This document shows, in pieces, positions 8,603 to 17,314 of a stretch of DNA of 64,000 nt (the stretch's first letter is position 1; the number at the start of each line of letters is the position of its first letter). The position numbers were made by a program, and so were the translations under genes. This DNA is from Phenylobacterium sp. (GTDB lineage Bacteria > Pseudomonadota > Alphaproteobacteria > Caulobacterales > Caulobacteraceae), in the NCBI GenBank assembly GCA_004799545.1, contig SSMU01000019.1, positions 151 to 64,150 on the forward strand, written 5' to 3'. The notes beneath the pieces were generated by a model that saw only the letters and a list, made by a program, of their open reading frames with translations, was not told the DNA's origin and did not search any database.

Positions 8603-9975
8603 ACCGCTCGGCGGCTGAGCATCCAGAAGCGGGCGAGCAGCAGGCCGCAGGAGACGAAGCTGGCGATCACCACCGCCCAGGCGATGCCGATCAGCTGCAG
8701 GCCCATGGGGATGGCCAGCCACCAGGCGAGCGGCATCATCACGAAGATGTAGCTCATCAGGTGGGTCGCGCTGGGCAGCCAGACGTCGCCGCGGGCGCGC
8801 AGGGCCTGGGCGGCGACCACCTGCAGGGCGTCCGGCAGGAACATGGCCGTGGCCAGCACCAGGGCCGGGATGGCCATGGCGAGGGTCTGGGCGTTCTCGG
8901 TGTAGGCCGACGAGATCAACGCCGCGTTCGGCAGGACCAACCCCGTCACCGCCACGCCGAACACCACCGTCACCCCGAAGGCCACCAGGCCGGCCCGGTT
9001 CACCCCCGGCTCGTCGCGGGCGCCATAGGCCCGGCCGACCAGCACCGCGGCGCCGGTGGCCAGGCCCAGGGGCACCATGAAGACGATCGCCGCGACGTTC
9101 AGAACGATGGTCCAGCCGGCCACCGCCAGGCCGCCGATCCAGCCGGCGATCACGTTCAGGCTGGCGAAGGAGGCCACCTCGAAGAAGTTCGAGGCGCCGG
9201 CGCCGAAGCCGATCCGCCGCTGCTCAGCCTCCGCCGCGCGGTCGCGCTCGGGCTTGTCGAAGACGCCCAGCGCGCGCGCCTCGGGCATCAGGGCGATGTA
9301 GCCGAGGGTGGCGGCGGCCAGGAAGGTCCGCGCGCCGGTCGTGGCCCAGGCGCCGCCCATGGCGCCCAGCGGCGGGAGCCCGAAGGTCCCCGGCACCAGG
9401 ACCAGGTCGAAGGCCAGGTTCACGCCGTTGGCGATCCACATGGCCCAGGCCGCCGGACCGGGGCGGCCCAGCCCCTCCAGCCAAGAGGCCGCCGCCACGC
9501 TCAGGGTGTAGCCGGGCAGCGACAGGCAGAAGATCAGCAGCACCCGAGAGGCGCCATCCGCCAGGTCCTGCGACAGGCCGATAACGTGCAGGAACGGCGG
9601 GCCGACCAGGGCGAGCAGGCCGCCCGCGCCGAAGCCGATCCACAGGCCGTAGGAGAGTCCCCGACGGAGCACCGCCCCGGTCAGGTCGCGCCGCCCCTCG
9701 CCGATCCGGCGGGCGGTCATCACCTGCACGCCGGTGAGCAGGCCGATGGCCATGGTGACGATCACGCTGCTCGGGGCCCAGCCGAGGGCGTGGTAGCCGA
9801 GCTGGGTCGCCGAATAGCGTCCCACCACCACCGCGTCCGACAGGCCCATGGTCATGATGCCGAGGCGAGCGAGCACCACCGGCCCCGACAGCCTCAAGAG
9901 GAAGGCGAGGTCTTTGCGGACGGGATGGTCGCGCCCTCTCGCGCGAGAGGGCGTCTGGGCCGCGTCGCGGTCCAT
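8599..9975 (-). CDS. MATE family efflux transporter
   Basis: Polytopic membrane protein with a MATE-like N-terminus (LAFLLRLSGPVVLARLGIMTMGLSDAVVVGR). The start is chosen at ATG 9975 (MDRDAAQ..); track ORF start 10056 is an alternative. Confidence 0.8.
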   Translation of the reverse strand: MDRDAAQTPSRARGRDHPVRKDLAFLLRLSGPVVLARLGIMTMGLSDAVVVGRYSATQLGYHALGWAPSSVIVTMAIGLLTGVQVMTARRIGEGRRDLTGAVLRRGLSYGLWIGFGAGGLLALVGPPFLHVIGLSQDLADGASRVLLIFCLSLPGYTLSVAAASWLEGLGRPGPAAWAMWIANGVNLAFDLVLVPGTFGLPPLGAMGGAWATTGARTFLAAATLGYIALMPEARALGVFDKPERDRAAEAEQRRIGFGAGASNFFEVASFASLNVIAGWIGGLAVAGWTIVLNVAAIVFMVPLGLATGAAVLVGRAYGARDEPGVNRAGLVAFGVTVVFGVAVTGLVLPNAALISSAYTENAQTLAMAIPALVLATAMFLPDALQVVAAQALRARGDVWLPSATHLMSYIFVMMPLAWWLAIPMGLQLIGIAWAVVIASFVSCGLLLARFWMLSRRAV

Positions 9976-10144
9976 GGGAAGCCTCGGGGTTTCAAAGAAG
10001 CCGCGGACACTGGCGGAACAGCGCCCTCTCAGCAAGCCGCGGCGCTTCGATGTCAACCGAGTTCACGGCCACGTGTCGCCCGGAACACATCCGAACGGCC
10101 CCATGCGCCGTATGCTGCCCTATCGACAGCGGGAGGACGGCCGC

Positions 10145-10630
10145 GTGGCGGAGATCATCAAGCAGCGCATGTGCGCCGAAATCGACGGCGAGTTCGTCGT
10201 CTTCCTGATCGGGGCGCGGATCCTGAAGCCCTGGAAGGTCTGGAAGTGGTGGCCGGTGGCGACCGCGATGCCGCGGATGCTGGCCGAACTGCAGAAGCGG
10301 CCCGAGCTCGGACTGCTGCACGTGCGCAGCGTGTTCAGCTTCCCGGACGTGATGGCGTTGCAGTACTGGCGCAGCTTCGAGCACCTGGAAGCCTATGCGA
10401 GAGCCCGCGACCTCGCCCACCTGCCCGCCTGGCAGGCGTTCAACAAGGCGGTGGGATCGAACGGCGACGTGGGCATCTGGCACGAGACCTATCTCATCGC
10501 GCCGGGCCGCTACGAGGCCTTCTACAACAACATGCCGCCCTTCGGCCTGGGCGCGGCGGGGCGACTGGTCGATGCGGTGGGCGCCAAGCAGGAAGCCCGC
10601 CAGCGGATCAAGGCGCCGCTGACTGTTTAG
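10145..10630 (+). CDS. DUF4188 domain-containing protein
   Basis: ..[52 protein letters not shown].. matches DUF4188-type proteins. GTG 10145 sits 7 nt after GGGAGGA; ATG 10103 is an alternative start. Confidence 0.6.
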   Translation: MAEIIKQRMCAEIDGEFVVFLIGARILKPWKVWKWWPVATAMPRMLAELQKRPELGLLHVRSVFSFPDVMALQYWRSFEHLEAYARARDLAHLPAWQAFNKAVGSNGDVGIWHETYLIAPGRYEAFYNNMPPFGLGAAGRLVDAVGAKQEARQRIKAPLTV

Positions 10631-12009
10631 ACTGCGGTGGCCCGACGCGCGGCGCCGCTCCGCTCGTCCTTCAGCTTCTCGGCCACCAGGAAGGCGAGGT
10701 CGAGCGCCTGTTCGCCGTTCAGCCGCGGGTCGCAGTGAGTGTGGTAGCGGTCGGCGAGGTCGCCCTCGGCCACGGCGCGCGCGCCGCCCAGGCATTCGGT
10801 GACGTTCTGGCCGGTCATCTCCAAATGCACGCCGCCGGGATGGACGCCCTCGGCCTTGCAGACCTCCACGAAGCTCTTCACCTCGGAGAGGATGCGGTCG
10901 AACGGCCGGGTCTTGTAGCCGTTGGCGGCGGTGAGCGTGTTGCCGTGCATCGGGTCGATCGCCCAGACGACATTGCGACCGGAGGCCTGGGTGGCCTTCA
11001 GCAGGCGCGGCAGCCGGTCCTCGATCTTGTCGTAGCCGAAGCGGCCGTAGAGGGTCAGGCGACCCGCCTCGTTCTTCGGGTTGAGCACGTCGATCAGCCG
11101 CGACAGCTCGTCGGCCTCCAGGGTCGGGCCGCATTTCAGCCCGATCGGGTTCTTGATGCCCTTGAAGTATTCCACGTGGGCGCCGGCGAGGTCGCGGGTC
11201 CGCTCGCCGATCCACAGCAGGTGGGCGGAGGTGTCGTACCAGTCGCCCGAGGTGCTATCGACCCGGGTCATGGCCTCCTCGAAGTTCAGCAGCAAGCCCT
11301 CGTGGCTGGTGAAGAACTCGACCTGGTGCAGGGCCGGCTGGCTCTCCGGCGTGACGCCGATCGCCTCCATGAACATCAGGGTCTCGCTGATCTTCTCGGC
11401 GACTTCCCGATAGCGCGCGCCCTGCGGGCTGTCGGCGACGAAGCCCAGGGTCCAGCGATGGATGTTGTGCAGGTCGGCGTAGCCGCCGCCGGCGAAGGCG
11501 CGCAGCAGGTTGAGCGTCGCGGCCGACTGGCCATAGGCCTGGATCAGCCGCTGCGGATCGGGGGTCCGCGCCTCGGGCGTGAACTCCATGCCGTTGATGT
11601 TGTCGCCGCGGTAGGACGGCAGGGCGACGTTGGCCTGCACCTCCACCTCAGAGGAGCGCGGCTTGCCGAACTGGCCGGCCATGCGGCCCACCTTCACCAC
11701 CGGCTTGCCGCCGGCGAAGGTCAGCACCACCGCCATCTGCAGGATCAGCCGGAAGGTGTCGCGGATGTTGTCGGCGTGGAATTCCTTGAAGCTCTCGGCG
11801 CAGTCGCCGCCCTGCAGCAGGAAGGCCTTGCCTGCGGCCACATCGCCCAGCAGCGCCTTCAGCCGGCGCGCCTCGCCGGCGAACACCAGGGGCGGCATGC
11901 GGCGCAGCGTCTGCTCCACCTGCGACAGGGCCGCAGGGTCCGGATAGTCGCTCGGCATGTGCTTGGCCGGCTTGGCCCTCCAGGACGCCGGCGTCCAATG
12001 CTCGGTCAT
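10627..12009 (-). CDS. class II 3-deoxy-7-phosphoheptulonate (DAHP) synthase
   Basis: [28 protein letters not shown]...[12 protein letters not shown]...KPRSS... is the class II (plant-like) DAHP synthase signature. The product is about 460 aa. Confidence 0.9.
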   Translation of the reverse strand: MTEHWTPASWRAKPAKHMPSDYPDPAALSQVEQTLRRMPPLVFAGEARRLKALLGDVAAGKAFLLQGGDCAESFKEFHADNIRDTFRLILQMAVVLTFAGGKPVVKVGRMAGQFGKPRSSEVEVQANVALPSYRGDNINGMEFTPEARTPDPQRLIQAYGQSAATLNLLRAFAGGGYADLHNIHRWTLGFVADSPQGARYREVAEKISETLMFMEAIGVTPESQPALHQVEFFTSHEGLLLNFEEAMTRVDSTSGDWYDTSAHLLWIGERTRDLAGAHVEYFKGIKNPIGLKCGPTLEADELSRLIDVLNPKNEAGRLTLYGRFGYDKIEDRLPRLLKATQASGRNVVWAIDPMHGNTLTAANGYKTRPFDRILSEVKSFVEVCKAEGVHPGGVHLEMTGQNVTECLGGARAVAEGDLADRYHTHCDPRLNGEQALDLAFLVAEKLKDERSGAARRATAV

Positions 12010-12078
12010 GGCCTCTTCAACTCCGCGCCCCCCGTCAGAGCGCCGCACGAAAGCGCCGCTTCTAATGGATATAAGGCC

Positions 12079-13278
12079 TCAGGTCGATGCTCGGGCGGCG
12101 GCCGGCGGCATCAGCAGGGCGGCCATCACCGCCACCAGCGCGCCCAGCGCCAGCCACCACTCCTGCCAGATCCCGAAGTTGAGCGCGCCGAACAGCAGGT
12201 AGACCGCGGCCGAGGCGGTGACCGCCACCGCCGCCATCTCGGCCCGCGGCCGGGCCAGTCGGAGCAGGGCGAGCGCCCAGATCGCCGCCGCCAGGACGGC
12301 GCCCACCGCGCCCAGTTCGAGCCAGACCTGCATCGCCCCGTCGTGCGGATGCAGCACGATCCCGGGGCCGAACACGCGGGATGCGTCGAGGCCCCAGCCG
12401 CGGAGCGGGTGGTCGACGATCCAGTCAAGGGCGTGGCTCCAGAAGCCCATGCGCATCGACCAGGAGAGCTCGATGTGGCGCTGGATGTCGGCGTAGCGGC
12501 CGGTGGCGCGCACCGCCCAGATCACCGCCGGCGCCGCCAGCCAGTAGAGGGCGGCCCCCGCCGCCAGCGCCCGCGGTCCGCCCTTCGACCAGCGCAGGGT
12601 CGCCACCCCGGCGAGCGCCACGAAGGCCAGAGAGAGCACCGGCGCCTCGGCCCCGAACCGCAGGCCGGTGGTGATCACACCGGCGATCATCGGCGGCACG
12701 ATCCACAGGGTGATCCCCACGCGGCGCGCCGCGGCCAGGGCCAGCGGCCAGATCAGCGCCAGGATGAAGGCGGTGTGGGCCATCGCCACCTCGGCGAGGT
12801 CGTGGCGGATCGGCTTGTAGACGGCGAAATGGATGCTCTCGTAGACCCGGGCGTCCAGCGCGAACTCCGTCAGCAAGATCACGCCAAGCAGCGCCGTCAT
12901 CCAGGCGAAGGCCGCCAGCGCCAAGCGCTGCAGCCGGGGCGTCGCCCGCCGCGCGGCGCACAGGAACGACCAGTAGAACGGCAGCTCGAAGGCCAGCTTG
13001 AAGGCGCTGTTGTTGCCGAGCTTGCTGGGATGGAACGGGCTCCAGGCCGACGAGGCGCCGGCCCAGATCAGCGCCAGCAGCAGGGCCACGGCCACCGGCC
13101 GATCGGCGTCGCGCACCCGGATCGCCGGCAGGGCCACGAGGCCCGCGAAGGCGTAGGCCGCCGCGATGCCGCGCGGCCCCAGCCAGGCGATCAGCGGGGT
13201 CAGCGCCAGCGCCGCCACCACCACCGCCCCGCACCAGAGGCCGAGAAGGTCCCGGCGGTCCGCCGGAGCCTCGGTCAT
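12079..13278 (-). CDS. O-antigen ligase/polymerase (Wzy_C-like) family membrane protein
   Basis: About 400-aa polytopic membrane protein with a large loop region typical of the O-antigen ligase family. ATG 13278 overlaps the gor stop codon (ATGA). Confidence 0.55.
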   Translation of the reverse strand: MTEAPADRRDLLGLWCGAVVVAALALTPLIAWLGPRGIAAAYAFAGLVALPAIRVRDADRPVAVALLLALIWAGASSAWSPFHPSKLGNNSAFKLAFELPFYWSFLCAARRATPRLQRLALAAFAWMTALLGVILLTEFALDARVYESIHFAVYKPIRHDLAEVAMAHTAFILALIWPLALAAARRVGITLWIVPPMIAGVITTGLRFGAEAPVLSLAFVALAGVATLRWSKGGPRALAAGAALYWLAAPAVIWAVRATGRYADIQRHIELSWSMRMGFWSHALDWIVDHPLRGWGLDASRVFGPGIVLHPHDGAMQVWLELGAVGAVLAAAIWALALLRLARPRAEMAAVAVTASAAVYLLFGALNFGIWQEWWLALGALVAVMAALLMPPAAARAST

Positions 13279-14657
13279 GCGGCGTGGCCCAGGCCCGGCG
13301 GCATATATTTCTCGCGCAAGGTCACCAGTTCCTCGGCCAGGGTCGGGTGCACGGCGCAGGTGGCGTCCCACTGCGGTTTGGTGACCCCGATCTTCACCGC
13401 GATGGCGGCCATCTGGATCATCTCGGCCGAATCCGGGCCGACAATGTGGCAGCCCACCACCTTCTGGCTCGCCTGGTCGACCACCAGCTTCATCAGGCAG
13501 CGCTCGTCCTCGCCGGCGAAGGCGGTCTTCATCGGCCTAAAGCGCGTCAGGTAGATGTCGACCTTGCCGTACTTGTGCCGGGCGTCGGCCTCGGAGAGCC
13601 CCACCGTGCCCACCGGCGGCTGCGAGAACACCGCCGAGGCCACCGTCTCGTGGTCGAAGCTGGTCGGCCGGTCATAGAACACGGTGTCGGCGAAGGCGTG
13701 GCCCTCGCGGATCGCCACCGGCGTCAGGTTGATGCGGTTGGTGACGTCGCCCACCGCCCAGATGTTGGGCGCGCTGGAGCGGGAATATTCGTCGACAACC
13801 ACCGCGCCGCGTTCGTCGAGCTTCACGCCGGCGGTCTCCAGGCCCAGCCCCTCCACATAGGGCTCGCGCCCGACCGCGAACATCACCACGTCGCTCTCGC
13901 AGTGGTGGCCGCCGGTGAACCGGCTGACCAGGCCGGTCGCGGTCTTCTCGATAGCCTCGTGCTGGGTCGCCAGGATCACCTTGACGCCGCGCCGGCCCAT
14001 CTCCTCGGTCACGTGGGTGCGGATGTCGTCGTCGAAGCCGCGCAGGATGTTGGGACCCCGGTGCACCAGGTGGGTCTCCACACCCAGGCCGTTGAAGATG
14101 CAGGCGAACTCCACCGCGATATAGCCGCCGCCGGCGATCACGATCCGCTTCGGCAGCTCGGTCAGGTGGAAGGCCTCGTTGGAGCTGATGCCATGCTCGA
14201 TGCCCGGCAGTTCCTGGGGCATCCAGGGCCGGCCGCCGGTGGCGATCAGGATCTTGTCGGCGGTGGCCGGGCCATGGCCCTCGACCTCGACGGTGTGGGC
14301 GTCGACCAGCCTGGCCTTGCCATGGACCAGTTCGGCGCCGGCGTTCTCGAGGTTGCGGACATAGACGCCGGAGAGCCGGGCGATCTCCTTGTCCTTCTCG
14401 CGCAGGAACTCGCTCCAGTCGAAGCGGGCGTTGTCGATGGTCCAGCCGAAGCCCTTGGCGGTCTCGAAGCTGTGCGAGAACTCCGAGGCGTAGACCATCA
14501 GCTTCTTGGGCACGCAGCCGCGGATCACGCAGGTGCCGCCGACCCGGTGCTCCTCGGCCACCAGCACCTTGGCGCCGGACATGGCCGCAAGCCTCGCCGC
14601 CCGCACCCCGCCGGACCCGGCCCCGATCACGAACAGGTCGTAGTCGTATTTCGCCAA
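13275..14657 (-). CDS. gor: glutathione-disulfide reductase
   Basis: YDYDLFVIGAGSGGVRAARLAAMSGAKVLVAEEHRVGGTCVIRGCVPKK contains the redox-active CxxxxC. The likely start is TTG at 14657, 7 nt after GAGGAG, giving about 460 aa. Confidence 0.85.
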   Translation of the reverse strand: MAKYDYDLFVIGAGSGGVRAARLAAMSGAKVLVAEEHRVGGTCVIRGCVPKKLMVYASEFSHSFETAKGFGWTIDNARFDWSEFLREKDKEIARLSGVYVRNLENAGAELVHGKARLVDAHTVEVEGHGPATADKILIATGGRPWMPQELPGIEHGISSNEAFHLTELPKRIVIAGGGYIAVEFACIFNGLGVETHLVHRGPNILRGFDDDIRTHVTEEMGRRGVKVILATQHEAIEKTATGLVSRFTGGHHCESDVVMFAVGREPYVEGLGLETAGVKLDERGAVVVDEYSRSSAPNIWAVGDVTNRINLTPVAIREGHAFADTVFYDRPTSFDHETVASAVFSQPPVGTVGLSEADARHKYGKVDIYLTRFRPMKTAFAGEDERCLMKLVVDQASQKVVGCHIVGPDSAEMIQMAAIAVKIGVTKPQWDATCAVHPTLAEELVTLREKYMPPGLGHAA

Positions 14658-14786
14658 GATAGGCTCCTCACACTCCAGCGGCCCCGTCTGCAAAGGTGGG
14701 GAGGCCCCCGCCCGGCGCAAACGCTGGAGGGCTATCTAGAGCGATCTGGCGGCGTGGCCTAGATCACGGGGCCTAGGTCGTGGGCG

Positions 14787-14885
14787 TCAGCTCTTGCCCA
14801 GCCACATGGCGCGCAGGCCGAAGATCAGGGGGGAGACGACGGCGACCCCCACGCAGAGCGCGGCGGCGGCGAACAGCAGGGGCAT
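14787..14885 (-). CDS. possible 32-aa hydrophobic peptide
   Basis: MPLLFAAAALCVGVAVVSPLIFGLRAMWLGKS. Almost every codon in this part ends in G or C, which looks like coding sequence. The upstream part of track ORF 14787..14993 has AT-ending codons. There is no clear RBS. Confidence 0.25.
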   Translation of the reverse strand: MPLLFAAAALCVGVAVVSPLIFGLRAMWLGKS

Positions 14886-15080
14886 GGCGATCTCGCAGGC
14901 GGCGCCGCGTCGGGAAGGATCGACCGCTTTAGTCGGCGGCACGCGCCCGACGGCGCATAGCCCCGTATATGGTCCTCCGCGGAAACTATACAACCTCCTT
15001 GAGGTAATATTTAGGTCCGCTGTAATATGTAATTAGTGGATGAGTTATTTTCTCTATTCTGATTTCATCCAGATATTGTT

Positions 15081-15105
15081 GGAACCTTCAACATGACAGG
15101 GCGTT
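15081..15105 (+). promoter_or_regulatory. EcfG/SigT-type (general stress response) promoter motif GGAAC-N16-CGTT
   Basis: GGAAC (15081-15085), a 16-nt spacer, then CGTT (15102-15105). It lies 50 nt upstream of ATG 15155, at the edge of an AT-rich island. Confidence 0.6.
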
Positions 15106-15154
15106 GGGCTGGCCAGAGGAAGGGATATGCATCCTTTCCCGGAGCCTCATTCAA

Positions 15155-15964
15155 ATGCGCAAACACCTGCTCGTCGTCGGCATCGCCGCGGCGGCCCTCA
15201 TCCCATCGTTCGCGATGGCCCAACAACAGACCTGCGAGCAGCAGCACCAGAACCGCGTGGCCGGCACGGTCGTCGGCGCGGGCCTCGGCGCCCTGCTGGG
15301 CGGCGCCATCGCCGGATCGCATGACCGCACCGCGGGCGTTGTGGTCGGCGGCGTTGGCGGCGCCATCGCCGGCAACCAGCTTTCCAAGTCCAATGCCGAC
15401 TGCGCCCACGCCTACGGTTACTACGACCATGACGGCGCCTGGCACGCCACCACCGTCGAGCACGGCATGGCGGCCGGCTACTACAATCGCGACGGCGGCT
15501 GGGTCCAAGGCTCGCCGAACGGCTACTACGACGCCAACGGCCACTGGATGACCGCCAACACCGCGGCGTCGGCGTCCAACGGCTACTACGACAACGACCA
15601 CCGCTGGGTGCCGTTCGCGGCCGCCGGCTACTACGACTCCCAGGGCCACTGGTACGAGACCGCGGCCGCCGCCGACCGCTACCGCACCAACACCGCCTTC
15701 GTGGCGCGCAACGAGCCGGTCTATGTCGAACCGGCGCATGACGTCCGCGCGCGCGAAGATCGGATCGGCCAGCGCATCCAGGCGGGCGTCGACAACGGCA
15801 GCCTGTCGCGCCGGGACGCCCGCCGCGCCCGGGACACCCTGCAGGAGATCCGCCAGCAGGAGTCCCGCATGCAGCGCTACCAGGGTGAGCTGAGCCAGGG
15901 CGACAACGCCCGTATCCAGGGCCGGCTCGACAACCTGAGCCACAGCCTGCGCTTCGACAGCTAG
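15155..15964 (+). CDS. secreted glycine-zipper protein with five GYY(D/N)xxGxW repeats
   Basis: Signal peptide MRKHLLVVGIAAAALIPSFAMA. Gly-zipper GTVVGAGLGALLGGAIAG...GVVVGGVGGAIAG. Five repeats (GYYDHDGAW, GYYNRDGGW, GYYDANGHW, GYYDNDHRW, GYYDSQGHW). The C-terminus is charged and helical. Confidence 0.7.
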   Translation: MRKHLLVVGIAAAALIPSFAMAQQQTCEQQHQNRVAGTVVGAGLGALLGGAIAGSHDRTAGVVVGGVGGAIAGNQLSKSNADCAHAYGYYDHDGAWHATTVEHGMAAGYYNRDGGWVQGSPNGYYDANGHWMTANTAASASNGYYDNDHRWVPFAAAGYYDSQGHWYETAAAADRYRTNTAFVARNEPVYVEPAHDVRAREDRIGQRIQAGVDNGSLSRRDARRARDTLQEIRQQESRMQRYQGELSQGDNARIQGRLDNLSHSLRFDS

Positions 15965-16154
15965 TCGGCGCGCGACGACGGGCCCGCCGGCGCAAGCCGT
16001 CGGGCCTGCCGCGCCATCAAATTCAAACCGGTCTTGGCGATGAGGCGCGCCCAAAAAATGGGCCCTCGGTCGGGAATCCGACAAAAGACCCGCGACGGAC
16101 GGAAACCGATCCGGCCCGGTCCGCGTTCAAGCCGCCAAGATCAAGCGGAGCGGT

Positions 16155-16598
16155 GTGCGGGCCATGATTGCCGCAGTGCTTCTGGCGGGCTCCATCCTGG
16201 GCTCGCATCCCCTGTCGATGGACGATCCGCAGCGCCGGACCCTGCTGGTGCGCAGCGAGGGCGTGGTGCTGGTGCGCTTCGACGCCGACGGCTTCGTCCA
16301 GGCCCGCGGCTGCGACGGCCGCCTGCGCCCGGTGGGCAGCATCTCCGAGCGTCCGGTGGCCATCCGCATCACCCACGACGGCGCGCTCACAGGCCTAGTC
16401 TACGATCCCGACCTCGAGCCCACCCAGCGCTACGCCTTCGAGCGGATGATGCTGGCGGTCGGCCTCTCGGACTGGCGCGCCCTGGCCAGCACCTGCCTGC
16501 CGGCCTCCTCGCTGACCGCCACGGCGGCGTCGGCGTCGCAGTCGGGCGTCCCGGCGGCGGCCATCGTCCCCTCGCCCCTGGCCCAGACCGGCAACTGA
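16155..16598 (+). CDS. hypothetical secreted protein
   Basis: 147-aa ORF with a hydrophobic N-terminus (MRAMIAAVLLAGSILG) and GC-rich third positions. No family is recognised. The start is either GTG 16155 or ATG 16164. Confidence 0.45.
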   Translation: MRAMIAAVLLAGSILGSHPLSMDDPQRRTLLVRSEGVVLVRFDADGFVQARGCDGRLRPVGSISERPVAIRITHDGALTGLVYDPDLEPTQRYAFERMMLAVGLSDWRALASTCLPASSLTATAASASQSGVPAAAIVPSPLAQTGN

Positions 16599-16616
16599 GC
16601 CGGGCCGGCGCGAAGC

Positions 16617-17306
16617 CTAGGCCTGCAGCCAGATGAAGGTGTTGATGCTGAACCGCCCGGTGCGCGGATCGGCGGTGAGCGGCAGGTCGGCCGGCACGTC
16701 GGCGCTGTGCAGGGTGTTCCCGCGATAGATCAGCAGGCGGTTGAAGCGCGCCTCATAGCTGGCGATCTGCTCATAGATCGCCGTGTCGCCGCCGATGTAG
16801 CCGGCCTCCGGCAGGCCGAGGCTCGCCAGCTCCGCGTTCACCACCCGATTGTAGGTGGGCAGCCGATCCTCGGTGATCGTCTCGAAGCCGGTGCTGCGGT
16901 GGCGGTAGAAGGCGGTGCCGCCGCGCTCGGCCCGCGACAGGTGGTGCAGGATGGCCACCCGCTGCGGCCCCACCCCATCGAAATGCGGCAGCCGCTGCAG
17001 CAGGTCGAGTGCGCCCGGCGGCGTGGTGATCAGCGAATAGTAGCTCTCGATACGGTTCAGCTCGTCTTCGATCCCGAAGGTCTCGCGGATCAGTCCCGCC
17101 AGGCTGTCGCGGATCGAGCCCATCAGGTTGGGCGGGACCGGCGCGCGGACGCCCGGGAAGGCGTTGGCGCCGCGGCCGTAGTCGAGCGCCGCGGCCTCCT
17201 CGATCAGCTGCTCGGGATCGCGCGCATAGTCGTCGATCACGATCACCGGCTCCTGCTCGGCGCCGTGCCGGAAGATCTGCCGCTCGGGGGTCCAGTCGCG
17301 GGCCAC
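16617..17306 (-). CDS. DUF6445-like protein (cupin/2OG-Fe(II) oxygenase-like, HxD...H candidates)
   Basis: GTG 17306 lies 8 nt after the upstream stop codon. ..PVIVIDDYARDPEQLIEEAA..FPGVRAPVP..LQRLPHFDGV..LHHL..GGTAFYRHRSTGFE..LLIYRGNTLHSADV resembles DUF6445 or phytanoyl-type dioxygenase-like proteins. Confidence 0.6.
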   Translation of the reverse strand: MARDWTPERQIFRHGAEQEPVIVIDDYARDPEQLIEEAAALDYGRGANAFPGVRAPVPPNLMGSIRDSLAGLIRETFGIEDELNRIESYYSLITTPPGALDLLQRLPHFDGVGPQRVAILHHLSRAERGGTAFYRHRSTGFETITEDRLPTYNRVVNAELASLGLPEAGYIGGDTAIYEQIASYEARFNRLLIYRGNTLHSADVPADLPLTADPRTGRFSINTFIWLQA

Positions 17307-17314
17307 CCGCGCGC

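Noticed and set aside
10046-10095. An imperfect long palindrome (TTCGATGT ... CACGTG ... ACATCCGAA) upstream of the DUF4188 gene, considered as an operator.
   Set aside because: The arms need gaps and several mismatches, and the spacing is irregular. It is not convincing without comparative data.
8266-13554. Very long ORFs in the track: 1762 aa at 8266..13554 (+), 869 aa at 1914..4523, 723 aa at 4561..6732, 791 aa at 6347..8722, 836 aa at 25998..28508, 848 aa at 53709..56255 and 679 aa at 57707..59746, among others.
   Set aside because: They run antisense to, or out of frame with, genes that have clear family signatures. Their translations are low-complexity and rich in R, G, A and P. Such stop-free frames are expected in DNA with about 2/3 GC.
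14787-14993. The full 68-aa track ORF taken as a gene.
   Set aside because: The first 36 codons use many A/T-ending codons (TAT, AGT, CTA, ACT, AAA, GAT) and run into the AT-rich island. Only the last 32 codons look like coding sequence, and even that call has low confidence.
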